From the NCBI GenBank assembly GCA_963730675.1, contig CAVSSY010000008.1, positions 47,584 to 111,583 on the forward strand: a DNA stretch of 64,000 nucleotides, written 5' to 3'. Shown here piece by piece: positions 36,952-48,233 of the stretch. The position numbers and the translations under genes were made by a program. The stretch is from an uncultured delta proteobacterium (GTDB taxonomy: Bacteria > Desulfobacterota > Desulfobacteria > Desulfobacterales > UBA5852). Each line of letters opens with the position of its first letter. The first letter of the stretch is position 1. A model generated the notes under the pieces. That model saw only the letters and a list, made by a program, of their open reading frames with translations, was not told the origin of the DNA and ran no database searches.

Positions 36952-38354
36952 ACCGACCCCGCTTCGGGCAGCGATTCACCCGCCAACTGCTCCGCCGCTT
37001 TTTTAATGGCCGCCTCTACCATGGTGGATGCCGTACCGCCCTCCGACGTGCGCCGGTTGACGACCTGTTCCACGTCGAGGGCCGCGAAGAGCGTCGTATC
37101 GATGGCGCCCGAAAAGGTTTGCAGCTCTTCCAGGGATAGCTGTTCCAGCTCCTTGCCCCGGGAGAGGGCGTAGGCCACGGCATGCCCCACAACAGCATGG
37201 GCTTCGCGGAAGGGAAGGCCTTTGCCTACGAGATAATCGGCCATGTCCGTCGCGTTGAGAAAACCGCTGCGGGTGGCCTGGCGCATAACCTCTTTTTTAA
37301 AGGTCACCCGCGGCAGCATGGCCGTCATGATCGTGATGCAGCCCTGCAGCGTGTCCACCGTGCTGAAAAGCGGGGCCTTGTCTTCCTGCATATCCCGATT
37401 GTAGGCCAGCGGCAGGCTTTTCATGGTGGTCAACAAGGCTACCAGGTCGCCGAACACGCGCCCGGCTTTGCCCCGGATCAATTCCGGCACATCCGGGTTT
37501 TTCTTCTGGGGCATGATGCTGCTTCCGGTGGCAAAGGCATCCGGTAGTTCGATGAAATTGAATTCGCTGGTGGCCCACAGCACCAGCTCTTCCGACAACC
37601 GGCTGAAATGCACCATGCCGATGCTGGCCGCGGCCAGGAATTCCAGCATGAAATCCCGGTCCGCCACGGCATCCATACTGTTGGCGGCCACCCGGGGCAG
37701 GCCCAGTTGGGCAGCCGTATCGGCGCGATCGATGGCAAAGGTGGTGCCTGCCAGCGCGGCCGAGCCCAGCGGGTTGACCTCGATGCGCTCCAGCGCGTTG
37801 CGGAACCGGTCGCTGTCGCGGGTGAACATTTCATAATAGGCCATCAGGTGGTGGGACAGCAAAACCGGCTGGGCGCGCTGCATATGGGTATAGCCCGGCA
37901 TGATGGTGCCGAAATTGGCCTCGGCCGCATCCACCACAACCTGGCGCAGGGTGTGCAGCTGGCGAACGATGCGCCGGGTTTCAGCCCCCAGATAGAGGCG
38001 GGCATCCAAAGCCACCTGGTCGTTGCGGCTGCGGGCGGTGTGCAGCTTGCGGGCCACGGCGCCCACGATTTCGGCCAGACGGCTTTCCACGTGCATGTGA
38101 ATGTCTTCCAGCCGGTCATCGTAAACAAAGCGATCGTTTTCGATCTCCGACCGGATCTGCTCGAGCCCGTCCACCAGTTGCCGCGCTTCTTCCTCTGCTA
38201 TGATCCCGGCCCGGGCCAGCATGCGGCAGTGCGCGATACTGCCGCTAATATCCTGTCGGTAAAGTCGCCGGTCGATGGCGATGGACGAGGTGAAGGCTTC
38301 GACGGCCTGATCCGTCGCTTCGGCAAAGCGGCCATCCCAGGGTTTATGCGTCAT
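36948..38354 (-). CDS. argH: argininosuccinate lyase
   Basis: Intact 468-aa ORF with TARSRNDQV, GYTHMQRAQP and GSSIMPQKKNPD signatures. Confidence 0.95.
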   Translation of the reverse strand: MTHKPWDGRFAEATDQAVEAFTSSIAIDRRLYRQDISGSIAHCRMLARAGIIAEEEARQLVDGLEQIRSEIENDRFVYDDRLEDIHMHVESRLAEIVGAVARKLHTARSRNDQVALDARLYLGAETRRIVRQLHTLRQVVVDAAEANFGTIMPGYTHMQRAQPVLLSHHLMAYYEMFTRDSDRFRNALERIEVNPLGSAALAGTTFAIDRADTAAQLGLPRVAANSMDAVADRDFMLEFLAAASIGMVHFSRLSEELVLWATSEFNFIELPDAFATGSSIMPQKKNPDVPELIRGKAGRVFGDLVALLTTMKSLPLAYNRDMQEDKAPLFSTVDTLQGCITIMTAMLPRVTFKKEVMRQATRSGFLNATDMADYLVGKGLPFREAHAVVGHAVAYALSRGKELEQLSLEELQTFSGAIDTTLFAALDVEQVVNRRTSEGGTASTMVEAAIKKAAEQLAGESLPEAGSV

Positions 38355-38431
38355 GGTTGTCTCCTGCCTTGTCGTTCCGGATTCCAGGGTCTGTGACCTG
38401 CCGTGGGGCAGCCCTCACAGCAGACTTGTCA

Positions 38432-39641
38432 TTACGACTGGTCCAGTTCCAACATCTTCTGGATGCGGAGCCGCAAGGCATTCAGCCGGATAAAGCCCTC
38501 GGCGTCCTTATGGCTGTATACCTCATCGTCTTCAAAGGTGGCGAAATCTTCCCGATAAAGAGAACGATCGGACTTGCGGCCGGTCACCCGGCAATTACCC
38601 TTGAAAAGTTCGAGGCGCACCACGCCGCAGACATTCTGTTGGGTCATATCCACCATCTGCTGCATGACCTTCATCTCGGGCGAAAACCAGAAGCCGTTGT
38701 AGATCAGATCGGGCATACTTGGGTATCAGGCGAATCCCTCAGGTAGAGGACTTCCCGATCCAGGGTGATGGACTCCATGGCCATGTGGGCGGTTCGCAGG
38801 ATCGTGCCCCCCGGCGTTTCATAGACGCCCCGGGACTTCATGCCCACAAAACGGTTCTCCACGATATCCACCCGCCCGATGCCGTGCCGGCCGCCCAGCT
38901 CGTTCAACTCGCGTCAGGAGGGCCGCCGGAGACAAGCTCTCCCCGTTAATAGCGATCGGATTGCCCTGTTCGAACGTCACCTCGATGGTTTCAGGCTGAT
39001 CCGGTGCTTCCATGGGGGAGCGGGTCAGGGTGAAGATGTCATCCGGGGGTGCGGCCCAGGGATCTTCCAGGATGCCCCCCTCATAGCTGATATGCAGCAT
39101 GTTGCCGTCGGTGCTGTAAGGTTTGGCGTGGGTGGTGGGCACCTGGATGCCGTGACGCTGGGCAAAGTCCATCAGGACGGTTCGGGAATTCAAGTCCCAC
39201 TCGCGCCAGGGCGCGATGATCTTGATATGGGGGTTCAATGCCAGATATCCCAGTTCGAAACGCACCTGGTCGTTGCCTTTGCCGGTGGCGCCGTGGCTGA
39301 CCGCATCGGCGTTTTCCAAGGCGGCGATTTCGATCTGCCGCTTGGCGATCAGGGGCCGGGCGATGGAGGTGCCCAGGAGATACGTTCCCTCGTAGATGGC
39401 ATTGGCCCGAAAGGCCGGAAAGACATAATCCCGTACGAATTCTTCCTTCAGGTCTTCCACGTAGGCTTTGGAAGCGCCGGTTTTGAGGGCATTGGACTTC
39501 GACGTGGACCATGTCGTCCACCTGCCCCAGGTCGGCTGAGAAAGTCACCACCTCACACTTGTAGGTCTCGATGAGCCATTTAAGGATAACGGATGTATCC
39601 AACCCTCCGGAATAGGCCAGCACCACTTTGTTTACGCTCAC
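38432..39641 (-). pseudogene. argG: argininosuccinate synthase, at least 4 frameshifts
   Basis: The pieces lie in three frames. They are [13 protein letters not shown]...ADLGQ (ORF 39081..39686), [15 protein letters not shown]...[13 protein letters not shown]... (38819..39460), [36 protein letters not shown] (38704..38907), LIPKYA (a short third-frame stretch) and [11 protein letters not shown]... (38432..38716). A GTG start at 39641 follows AGAGGAG. Confidence 0.85.
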
Positions 39642-39652
39642 AGCCAATGTGA

Positions 39653-40843
39653 TTACTCCTCTTTTGATAAGATAGTGTCCAGGCATTCGATCAGCGCGTC
39701 AATCTCACGGGTCGCAATGATCAGCGGGGGGGCAAAGCGCAGCACGTCCCCCTGCACACAGTTGATGACAAATCCGCGCTCCAGGCAGGCCTTCACCAAA
39801 GGGACGCCCTCGCCCTTGAGTTTCAGTCCCAACAACAAACCACGGCCGCGGACTTCTTTTATGCGATCATGCCGGCGCTGCAGCCCCTGCAAGCATGTCT
39901 TGAAATAATGTCCCGTCTTGGCGGCCCTGGCAACAATGTCCTCGGCCTCAATGGTTCGCACCACGGCCAAGGCACCCGCCGCCATGATGGGGGTCCCGCC
40001 GAAGGTGGTGGCATGGGCTCCGGGACCGAAGGCTTTAGCCACGCCTTCCCGGGCCAGCATGGCGCCGATGGGAAGACCGTTGCCCAGGGCTTTGGCGAGG
40101 GTCATGATGTCCGGTACGATGCCGTCGTGCTCGTAAGCGAAAAGCTTGCCGGTGCGCCCCATACCGGTCTGAACCTCATCCAGGATCAGCAGCGTGCCGG
40201 TTTGGTCGCACAGACGGCGCACCGCGGGCAGATAGCCGGGGGCCGGGCATATGATTCCGCCCTCGCCCTGGATCGGTTCCAGCATGACAGCGCACACGCT
40301 CGGATCCAAAGTCGCCTGCAGGGCGTCGATGTCGTTGAAAGGCACAAATTCAAACCCTTCCAGGACCGGTTCGAAGCCCTTGCGGATTTTCGCCTGCCCC
40401 GTGGCCGAAAGACTGCCCATGGTGCGGCCGTGAAAGGACTGCTCCATGGCGATGATGCGATAGCGGCCGGTCTCCCCCTGATCGGAGAAGTATTTGCGGG
40501 CCAGCTTGATGGCGGCTTCGTTGGCTTCGGCCCCGCTGTTGCAAAAAAACACGCGGTCCGCAAAACTGTGCCGGGTCAGCCATTCGCCCAGTTCGGTCTG
40601 GGGCCGGGTATAGAACAGGTTGGATACGTGCAGCAGGCGGCCGGCCTGTTCCGCCAGAGCGGCCTGCACGGCCGGATGGGCGTGCCCGAGTCCGCAAACC
40701 GCTATTCCGGCCAGGAAATCGGTGTAGCGGCGGCCTTCCGTGTCCCACAGAGTGGCGCCCTGCCCTTTTTCAAACACTATCGGCAAGCGAGCGTAGGTCG
40801 CCGCCAGCACTTTCTCCGCCGTATCGATCGTGGTTTGGCTCAT
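39653..40843 (-). CDS. argD: acetylornithine aminotransferase
   Basis: Intact 396-aa class III aminotransferase with [15 protein letters not shown] and TFGG. Confidence 0.9.
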   Translation of the reverse strand: MSQTTIDTAEKVLAATYARLPIVFEKGQGATLWDTEGRRYTDFLAGIAVCGLGHAHPAVQAALAEQAGRLLHVSNLFYTRPQTELGEWLTRHSFADRVFFCNSGAEANEAAIKLARKYFSDQGETGRYRIIAMEQSFHGRTMGSLSATGQAKIRKGFEPVLEGFEFVPFNDIDALQATLDPSVCAVMLEPIQGEGGIICPAPGYLPAVRRLCDQTGTLLILDEVQTGMGRTGKLFAYEHDGIVPDIMTLAKALGNGLPIGAMLAREGVAKAFGPGAHATTFGGTPIMAAGALAVVRTIEAEDIVARAAKTGHYFKTCLQGLQRRHDRIKEVRGRGLLLGLKLKGEGVPLVKACLERGFVINCVQGDVLRFAPPLIIATREIDALIECLDTILSKEE

Positions 40844-41736
40844 TCCGTCACTTCCGTTCCGATGCCGCTGTCGGTGAACAATTCCAGCAGCAGGGCATGG
40901 CGTTGGGTGCCATTGATGATAGGGACCTTCTTGACGCCCCCCTCGAGGGCGGCCAGGGCATGCTCGATTTTGGGAATCATGCCGCCGGAAACCGTTCCAT
41001 CGGCGATCAGAGCTTGTATTTCCGCTCGGCTGATGGAGGAAATCAAACGGCCGTCCTTATCCAATACGCCGTCCACATCGGTCAGATAGACCAGTCGCCG
41101 GGCTTCGAGGGCCCGGGCGATGTGGCTGGCCACCAGGTCGGCATTGATGTTGAACGTCTCCCCCTGGGGTCCGGTGCCCACCGGTGCCACGATGGGAATG
41201 AACCCCCGGGCGGTCAGGGTGTCGATAATGTCGGGACGGATGCGGGTCACGTTGCCCACCAGGCCGGGATCGATGATTTCCGGCGGGGAGTCGATGGTGT
41301 CCTGCTTCACGATCTGCAGTTTTTCCGCCTCGATCAAACCGCCGTCCTTGCCGCTCAGCCCCACGGCACGCCCCCCGTGGCGGTTGATCAGGGCCACGAT
41401 GCTCTTGTTGACCTTGCCGCCCAGCACCATTTCGACCACATCCATGGTGGGCTCGTCGGTCATGCGCATGCCGCGCACAAATTTGGGCCGGATGCCCATC
41501 TGGTCCAGCACGGAGTTGATCTGGGGGCCGCCGCCGTGGACCACCACCGGGTTGAACCCGATAAATTTCAGCAGGGTGACGTCGCGTGCGAAATCGTCCC
41601 GCAATTGCGGATCCACCATGGCATGGCCGCCATATTTGATGACGATGGTCATGCCGGAAAAGCGGCGGATATAGGGCAGGGCTTCCACCAGGATATCCGC
41701 TACGCTCGGGGACCGGGTCGTACTGCCAGGCGCCAT
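40840..41736 (-). CDS. argB: acetylglutamate kinase
   Basis: VIKYGGHAM...[10 protein letters not shown]...NINAD. There is a 4-nt overlap with argD. Confidence 0.95.
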   Translation of the reverse strand: MAPGSTTRSPSVADILVEALPYIRRFSGMTIVIKYGGHAMVDPQLRDDFARDVTLLKFIGFNPVVVHGGGPQINSVLDQMGIRPKFVRGMRMTDEPTMDVVEMVLGGKVNKSIVALINRHGGRAVGLSGKDGGLIEAEKLQIVKQDTIDSPPEIIDPGLVGNVTRIRPDIIDTLTARGFIPIVAPVGTGPQGETFNINADLVASHIARALEARRLVYLTDVDGVLDKDGRLISSISRAEIQALIADGTVSGGMIPKIEHALAALEGGVKKVPIINGTQRHALLLELFTDSGIGTEVTE

Positions 41737-41766
41737 TACCTCAGCTCCTTCAACAAAGGGTTGCCG

Positions 41767-43161
41767 CTATAGAATATAGCGGCTTAAATCTTCGTCGTCT
41801 TTGACGCTCTCCAGGCGCGACAAGACATAGTCGCGGTCGATGTCGATGCGTTTGACTTCGATGTCGGGCGCCTCGAAGAGAATGTCTTCCAGCAGCCGCT
41901 CCATCAGGGTGTGCAGGCGCCGGGCGCCGATATTCTCGGTGCGGGAATTGACCTCCTCGGCAATGGCGGCAATGGTCTGCACGGCATCGTCGCTAAAGGT
42001 CAGTGTGACGCCTTCGGTCTCCAACATGGCCTGGTACTGCAGCAGCAGGGCATTGCGGGGTTCCTTGAGAATGCGGTAAAAGTCTTCTTTGCCCAAGGAG
42101 CTCAGCTCCACGCGAATGGGAAAGCGCCCCTGCAGCTCCGGGATCATGTCGGAAGGTTTGATGGTGTGAAACGCCCCGGCGCCGATGAAGAGGATGTGAT
42201 CGGTCTTGACCGGGCCGTACTTGGTGTTGACCGTACTGCCTTCCACGATGGGCAGGAGATCACGTTGCACGCCTTCACGGGAGACGTCGGGGCCCTGCTT
42301 CTGGCCTGTTCCGACGATCTTGTCGATCTCGTCGAGAAAGATAATCCCCGACTGCTCCACCTTCTCGATGGCGCTTTTGACCACTTTGTCCATGTCCACC
42401 AGGCTCTGGGCCTCTTCCTGGATAAGCAGCTCGCGGGCTTCCCGCACCTTCATCTTGCGCTTCTTGGTATTTTTGGGAAGCAGCCCCCCCAGCATATCCT
42501 TGAAGTTGAAGCCCATCTCCTCCATTCCGGAATTGGAGAAAATTTCCACCATGGGCGTTGATCGATCGGTAACGGAGACCTCCACCTCGCGCTCGTCCAA
42601 CTTGCCGTCCTTGAGCATGCGGCGCAGTTTTTCGCGGGTCCCCGTGGAGACGTCCGGCGTGGCCTCAGCGGGGCGGGGCGCCTCCGCGGCCTCCGCCGGC
42701 CGGAGCTGAAAACCGCGCGGGGCGGCCGCCGGCTTGGGCAGCAGAATGTCCAGCAGGCGATCTTCGGCCACCTCGCGGGCCTTGGGCTGCACCTCTTCCT
42801 GGGCCCGTATTTTCATCTGGGTGATGGTCAGCTCGAGCAGATCCCGCACCATCGACTCCACATCGCGGCCCACATACCCCACCTCGGTAAATTTTGAAGC
42901 TTCCACTTTGTAGAAGGGCGAATCCGCCAGCAGGGAAATACGGCGGGCAATCTCGGTTTTGCCCACCCCGGTGGGCCCGATGAGAATGATGTTCTTAGGC
43001 GCAATTTCATCGCGCAGCTCCTCCTGGACGTTCTGGCGCCGCCACCGGTTGCGCAGGGCGATGGCCACGGAGCGCTTGGCCTGGTGCTGCCCGATAATGT
43101 ATTTGTCCAGCTTCCGTACCGTATCGGCCGGTTTCAGTTTCTCCATGATATCCATTGTCAT
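41767..43161 (-). CDS. hslU: ATP-dependent protease ATPase subunit HslU
   Basis: [48 protein letters not shown]. Confidence 0.95.
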   Translation of the reverse strand: MTMDIMEKLKPADTVRKLDKYIIGQHQAKRSVAIALRNRWRRQNVQEELRDEIAPKNIILIGPTGVGKTEIARRISLLADSPFYKVEASKFTEVGYVGRDVESMVRDLLELTITQMKIRAQEEVQPKAREVAEDRLLDILLPKPAAAPRGFQLRPAEAAEAPRPAEATPDVSTGTREKLRRMLKDGKLDEREVEVSVTDRSTPMVEIFSNSGMEEMGFNFKDMLGGLLPKNTKKRKMKVREARELLIQEEAQSLVDMDKVVKSAIEKVEQSGIIFLDEIDKIVGTGQKQGPDVSREGVQRDLLPIVEGSTVNTKYGPVKTDHILFIGAGAFHTIKPSDMIPELQGRFPIRVELSSLGKEDFYRILKEPRNALLLQYQAMLETEGVTLTFSDDAVQTIAAIAEEVNSRTENIGARRLHTLMERLLEDILFEAPDIEVKRIDIDRDYVLSRLESVKDDEDLSRYIL

Positions 43162-43209
43162 TGCGGGTCCTCTGGTGCATTCCCGCCAACATACGGCGGC
43201 CTTGCCCGA

Positions 43210-43749
43210 TCAGGCTTCTTCGATGGTCAGTTCGTGATTGGTGAACACACAAATATCGGCCGCAATCTGCATGGCGGCTTCGACAATTTCACGCGCGCTC
43301 AGGGTGGTATGGCTTACCAGCGCCCGGGCCGCGGCCTGGGCCGCCACCCCGCCGGATCCGATGGCCAGAATCCCGTCGTCCGGTTCGATGACGTCCCCAT
43401 TGCCCGAAATCAGCAGGGTGCTCGTCTCGTCAGCGGCGATCATAAGGGCTTCCAGGCGCCGTAAGTATTTGTCCGTTCGCCATTCCCGGGCCAGTTCCAC
43501 GGCACTGCGGATCAAATTGCCGTTATAGCGCTCAAGCTTGCCCTCCAGCTTTTCCGACAGGGTCAAGGCGTCTGCGGTGGCGCCCGCGAAACCGACGATG
43601 ATGCGATCGTTGTAGATCCGTCGAACCTTGCGGGCATGGTGTTTGACCACCGTGTTGTTCATGCTCACCTGCCCGTCGCCGGCCAGCGCCAATTGCCCCT
43701 GTTGCCGCACGGCCAGTATGGTCGTTCCCCGAATTTCCATGATGCTCAT
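43210..43749 (-). CDS. hslV: ATP-dependent protease subunit HslV
   Basis: Catalytic N-terminus GTTILAVR..., then GFAGATADA. Confidence 0.95.
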   Translation of the reverse strand: MSIMEIRGTTILAVRQQGQLALAGDGQVSMNNTVVKHHARKVRRIYNDRIIVGFAGATADALTLSEKLEGKLERYNGNLIRSAVELAREWRTDKYLRRLEALMIAADETSTLLISGNGDVIEPDDGILAIGSGGVAAQAAARALVSHTTLSAREIVEAAMQIAADICVFTNHELTIEEA

Positions 43750-43773
43750 TTCTCTCCCGGCGGCCAGGCCGCC

Positions 43774-44724
43774 CTATTTCCGTGGATGGGCCTTGTCGTA
43801 AGCCTCCATCAGGCGATCAATGCTGACGTGGGTATATTTCTGGGTCGTGGAAAGGCTTTCGTGTCCGAGCAATTCCTGCACGGCCCGCAGATCCGCGCCG
43901 GCATTGAGCATGTGGGTGGCAAAACTATGCCGCAGGGTATGGGGTGAAACCGGCACCCGCATCCCGCAGGATCGCACCAGTTGATCGAGGCAGCGCGCCA
44001 TGGACCGCGTTGTCAGGCGCCCCTTGAATTTATTCAGAAACAGCGGCCCCCCATGCTCGAGGGCGATGCCGGTCTCCTGATACAGGCGCTCCCGATAGTC
44101 CCTTATCGCCCGGGCGGCCTTATCTCCCAAAAGAGCCATCCGCTCCTTGTTCCCTTTGCCGTGGACCTTGATCCGCTTACCGTGCAGGTCCAGGTCGATG
44201 GTATCCAGCCCCGCCAGTTCGGAGATCCGGACACCGGTGGCATACAGGGTTTCGAAGATGGCCCGGTTGCGCAAGTCAAAAAGGCGCCCATCCGGCACGG
44301 CATCCAGCAGACGGAACATGTCGTCCACGGTCAGATGGGAAGGAATCCTTTTTTCCTGCTTAGGCGTAAGCACCCCTTCGGCCGGATTGCTCTCGATAAC
44401 GCCCTGGCGCATGAGAAACCTGAAAAAGGATCGTACGGCCGATAATTTGCGGGCAATCGTCGCCTTGCTGTTCTTCCGATACAACACGGTCAGATAGCCC
44501 CGAATGGCCAGGGTGTCCACCTGCCGGGGATCGAACAAAGCCGCCGATGGTCTGCCCTCTTCCGTCTTTTCCCCTTCGTCCGCGACAAGGCCGGCAAATT
44601 CCTGCAAGTCGTTGCGGTAGGCCCGGATCGTGTGCGCCGAATAGCCTTTTTCAGCCGACAATGATTCCAGAAAAGTCTTCAGGAGCGATATAGGGGATGA
44701 ATGCGTTTCCAACCTTCCCGCCAT
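43774..44724 (-). CDS. xerC: tyrosine recombinase XerC/XerD family
   Basis: The catalytic R...HxxR...Y set is visible (ATGVRISEL, HTLRHSFATHML, GHESLSTTQKYTHV). It lies directly upstream of hslVU, a conserved synteny. Confidence 0.85.
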   Translation of the reverse strand: MAGRLETHSSPISLLKTFLESLSAEKGYSAHTIRAYRNDLQEFAGLVADEGEKTEEGRPSAALFDPRQVDTLAIRGYLTVLYRKNSKATIARKLSAVRSFFRFLMRQGVIESNPAEGVLTPKQEKRIPSHLTVDDMFRLLDAVPDGRLFDLRNRAIFETLYATGVRISELAGLDTIDLDLHGKRIKVHGKGNKERMALLGDKAARAIRDYRERLYQETGIALEHGGPLFLNKFKGRLTTRSMARCLDQLVRSCGMRVPVSPHTLRHSFATHMLNAGADLRAVQELLGHESLSTTQKYTHVSIDRLMEAYDKAHPRK

Positions 44725-44763
44725 TATCAGGCCTTTCCATGGCTGTCGCTTGCCGGTGCATGA

Positions 44764-45492
44764 TCAGCTCGCCATCATCGCGGCCAATTCATCCCAGGAA
44801 GCGACTTCCCGGAAAGGATGCGGAAACCGATTCCAGGGCTGTCTAAACAGTATCGGCGCAATGCCGCTCCGGCTCAGCAGGAAGCAGGTCTCCAGCCGAT
44901 CCTCCACAAATACGCGGATGCCCTCCGCATGCAGCACATCCGCTTTGGCCTCGAAAGAACCCGTCGCCACCACCTCGATTTGGTCGGGCCGCAACGGTAG
45001 GTTTTGCTCCAACCAGGGTCGGATGACGTCAGGCCCCGGACGGGCGGTCACAAACCTTACCGGCTGCCCGTCGGCGGCAAAATGCGCCATGGCCCGGCGG
45101 CATCCGCTGATCGTATGCAGCGGCAATCCATGGTCGCCGTCCAGGATCTGTCGAATGATGGCCTCGATGGTATCGGGCGCCAGGTCGAGGCATTCATCCA
45201 GGTGATAGGTCGTGATGTCCTCATAATGTAAATGCCGAATCTGAAACAACTCCCGGGCAATGTCGATGAACAGCCGCATGGTGTCGGCGATGACGCCATC
45301 CACATCGAACGCGGTGGTAGCGGGGGAAAGCCCCCGGAAGGTGTGCGCTTCCCCCGGTCCGTGGGTGTCTGCGGTATAAAGTTTTTCGATCGGAGCATCC
45401 ACGGTGGTCGGTTCCGTCTCAGCCGGCTCTTCGCGCCCGGCTCTTGAGGCGGGAAATCTGGCGTTTATAGATGGTGGCCTTGCGCCGGTCAT
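44764..45492 (-). CDS. HAD-superfamily hydrolase, 5'(3')-deoxyribonucleotidase-like
   Basis: DVDGVIADT (DxDG) motif. The annotated 5' end overlaps the upstream gene by about 74 nt, so the true start is probably internal. Confidence 0.6.
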   Translation of the reverse strand: MTGARPPSINARFPASRAGREEPAETEPTTVDAPIEKLYTADTHGPGEAHTFRGLSPATTAFDVDGVIADTMRLFIDIARELFQIRHLHYEDITTYHLDECLDLAPDTIEAIIRQILDGDHGLPLHTISGCRRAMAHFAADGQPVRFVTARPGPDVIRPWLEQNLPLRPDQIEVVATGSFEAKADVLHAEGIRVFVEDRLETCFLLSRSGIAPILFRQPWNRFPHPFREVASWDELAAMMAS

Positions 45493-45745
45493 CGGCTTCC
45501 AGCGCGGCGGTACGTTTTTCTTTCAGCGCCTTGATCCGGACCTTGATCTCACGAATCGAGGTGTCTTTTTTCTTGCCGCCGGTGTCTTCGATGCCGCGCG
45601 CCTTTTTGATCTCAGCCACCAGTTCGGCTTTGTTCATCCCGTGCGCCCCGGTAATGCCAGGCGTTTCCTTGGCGATCTCGCGCAGTTCGGTCGCCGTCAT
45701 TTTTTCAAGGGGTTTTTCCTTGGCTTCTTTTTTCTTGCCACCCAT
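45419..45745 (-). CDS. lysine-rich protein with a Rho-N/SAP-like helix-hairpin motif
   Basis: AAAGGAGAA precedes the ATG at 45745. The sequence is MGGKKKEAKEKPLEKMTATELREIAKETPGITGAHGMNKAELVAEIKKA, followed by a basic tail. Confidence 0.55.
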   Translation of the reverse strand: MGGKKKEAKEKPLEKMTATELREIAKETPGITGAHGMNKAELVAEIKKARGIEDTGGKKKDTSIREIKVRIKALKEKRTAALEADDRRKATIYKRQISRLKSRARRAG

Positions 45746-45966
45746 ACGCTGTTTTCTCCTTTCATCAAAGACCAAACGGAGGCTGGCCGGCCCCCGCTCG
45801 ATGATTCCTTACAACGTTTTGCCATTGCATCTGGAAGGCGAGCAATCAGTTCAAAGCAAATTGAACGATTGGCATACCGGCAGCCTGCCTCCCGGTATGC
45901 AAAACGTCCAATTCATACTTCAACAAACCTTTTTCAATAATCCACTTTATCCCCGGGTGTCAACCG

Positions 45967-46740
45967 TCACGTCGGCTCGCTTCGACGCTTTTCCTCATGA
46001 TCGTATTGATTGAGCAACGGCCGGAAAAGATCTATCGGTATGGGAAAAATCGTGGTGGCGTTGCTTTCGCTGGCCATCTCGTTGACGGTCTGCAGGTAGC
46101 GCAACTGGAGGGCGATGGGATGTTTTTCGATAATGGTGGCGGCCTCGGTCAGTTTGTCGGCGGCCTGCCGCTCGCCTTCGGCATTGATGACCTTCGCGCG
46201 CCGGTCACGCTCCGCCTCGGCCTGGCGCGCCATGGCGCGCTGCATTTCCTGGGGCAAATCGATGTGCTTGAGTTCCACCGTGGCCACCTTGATGCCCCAG
46301 GGATCGGTGTGGGTGTCGAGGATCTCCTGCAGCTCGGCATTGATCTTGTCCCTTTCCGAGAGCAAATCGTCCAATTCGGCCTGCCCGCAGACACTGCGGA
46401 TGGTGGTCTGGGCCAGCTGGGACATGGCATAGCTGTAGTTTTCCACCTCGATGATGGCCTTGATGGGATCGATCACGCGGAAGTAAATCACGGCATTGAC
46501 CTTCACCGAGACATTGTCCCGGGTGATGACGTCCTGGGGGTCCACATCGAGCGCCACCAACCGCAGGCTGACCTTGACCATCTTGTCGATGATCGGAATA
46601 AGGATGATCAGCCCCGGTCCTTTGGCATTGATGACCCGCCCCAACCGGAATACCACGCCCCGCTCGTACTCATTGAGGATCTTGATGGCCGCCGATAGAA
46701 AAAAGACGACCAGGACAATGATGAGAATGCTTGTATACAT
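45967..46740 (-). CDS. SPFH/Band 7 (stomatin-like) protein
   Basis: 257 aa with an N-terminal TM, then [12 protein letters not shown]...the SPFH core...an [11 protein letters not shown] coiled coil. Confidence 0.9.
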   Translation of the reverse strand: MYTSILIIVLVVFFLSAAIKILNEYERGVVFRLGRVINAKGPGLIILIPIIDKMVKVSLRLVALDVDPQDVITRDNVSVKVNAVIYFRVIDPIKAIIEVENYSYAMSQLAQTTIRSVCGQAELDDLLSERDKINAELQEILDTHTDPWGIKVATVELKHIDLPQEMQRAMARQAEAERDRRAKVINAEGERQAADKLTEAATIIEKHPIALQLRYLQTVNEMASESNATTIFPIPIDLFRPLLNQYDHEEKRRSEPT

Positions 46741-46946
46741 GGGTCCTCCCCAGTGGCAATAAGGTATCGATTCACGCCATGCGCCTAAATGGCCCTATTC
46801 ACGAATATGATTACAGTCGGCCGCCAGTACTTCTTGCCGGGCGGCGTTGCGAAAAAAACGGCGTATTCCGGATAGTCCTTCGTTTTGGCACCCTGGCCGC
46901 CAGCCGTGGCGCTCTCATGACGTCACCGTTTCTATGAACAGGACCC

Positions 46947-48233
46947 CTATGCCTCGGGCGTCATTTCTTCCACGGTGACCGTCAGGCCCTCCACGGCCAC
47001 TACGCGGACCTGGCAGCCGACTTCCAGCAGCGCCGCGGACCGCGCTTTCCACAACTCGCCGTGCACTAGTACTTTACCCTCCGGATCGATGGTCTGCTTG
47101 ACCGTTCCGATCTCACCGATCAGCCCCTGGATACCGGTGCGCGTCTGGGAGACCTGGGCCCTGAAGGCCAGCCCGGCCACGGCGGCGAAAAAGACGGACA
47201 CGATCCCCACGGCCGGGATCAGGACGCCCATAGACAAGCGGACACCGTAATCCGAGCCTTTGTAGAGCATCAGACCTCCCAGGAAAAGGGATATGGCACC
47301 CGCCACGCTCAGCATGCCGTAGCTGGTGACTTTGATTTCCAATAAAAAGAAGATGAGGGCCAGCCCCATCATGAGAACCCCCACATAGTTGACCGGCAGC
47401 ATCTGAAACGCGTAGATCGATAGAATCAGGCAAATGCCGCCGAGCACACCCGGCAATACGGCACCGGGATGGGAGAGCTCGAAAAAGAGCCCCGCCGCAC
47501 CGATGAGGAACAGGACAAAGGCGATATTGGGATCGCTGATGGCTTTGAGGACCTTGATGCGCAATCCCTCTTCGACGAATTGGCGGGGGGCATCCTTGAC
47601 GTGCAGAACCCCTTTGCCCTTGACGGTACGCCCGTCGATCATGTTCAGCAGGCTGTCCAGGTCTTTGGCCACCAGATCGATAACGTTCTTGCGCAGGGCC
47701 TCGGTTTCGGTGATCGACTCGCTGAAGCGAATGGCATCCTCCACCCATTCGGCATTGCGGCCCCGCTCTTCGGCTACGCTGCGGGCATGGGCCACCATAT
47801 CGTTGACCACCTTTTCCGACATGGTGTCGGGGATGTCCCCGCCTCCGGCCCCCACCGGATGGGCGGCGCCGATATTGGTGCCCGGCGCCATGGCGGCGAT
47901 ATCGGCGGCGATGGTGATCATGACACCGGCCGAGGCGGCCCGGGCCCCGGAAGGGGCCACATACACCACGATGGGCGTGCGGGCCGACATGATCTTGAGA
48001 ACGATTCTGCGCATGGATTCGGCCAAACCGCCGGGGGTGTCGAGCTGGATGACGACACAGGCCGCGTGCGCTTGATCGGCCGCATCGATGGCGCCATCGA
48101 TGTAATCCGCCACACCGGGGCTGATGGGCGCCGCGACCGTTAGAATGTGAACCGACGGCGGTTCCGCCGCGGCCGTCCCGCTCGGAAGCAGCAGCAGAAG
48201 GATCAGCATCGCCCAAAACCGTTCAAATCGCAT
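46947..48233 (-). CDS. NfeD-family membrane-bound ClpP-class serine protease
   Basis: A signal peptide and ClpP-like domain (LDTPGG...SAGV), then TM helices and a C-terminal OB-fold (VLVHGELWKARS). It is paired with the SPFH gene downstream. Confidence 0.85.
   Translation of the reverse strand: MRFERFWAMLILLLLLPSGTAAAEPPSVHILTVAAPISPGVADYIDGAIDAADQAHAACVVIQLDTPGGLAESMRRIVLKIMSARTPIVVYVAPSGARAASAGVMITIAADIAAMAPGTNIGAAHPVGAGGGDIPDTMSEKVVNDMVAHARSVAEERGRNAEWVEDAIRFSESITETEALRKNVIDLVAKDLDSLLNMIDGRTVKGKGVLHVKDAPRQFVEEGLRIKVLKAISDPNIAFVLFLIGAAGLFFELSHPGAVLPGVLGGICLILSIYAFQMLPVNYVGVLMMGLALIFFLLEIKVTSYGMLSVAGAISLFLGGLMLYKGSDYGVRLSMGVLIPAVGIVSVFFAAVAGLAFRAQVSQTRTGIQGLIGEIGTVKQTIDPEGKVLVHGELWKARSAALLEVGCQVRVVAVEGLTVTVEEMTPEA

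Noticed and set aside
39869-41089. 406-aa plus-strand ORF
   Set aside because: It is antisense to argD and argB and spans their junction. It is a GC-rich artefact.
47113-48216. 367-aa same-strand alternative-frame ORF inside the NfeD gene
   Set aside because: It is Arg/Gly/Pro-rich nonsense, whereas the other frame gives a complete ClpP-like + TM + OB NfeD protein.
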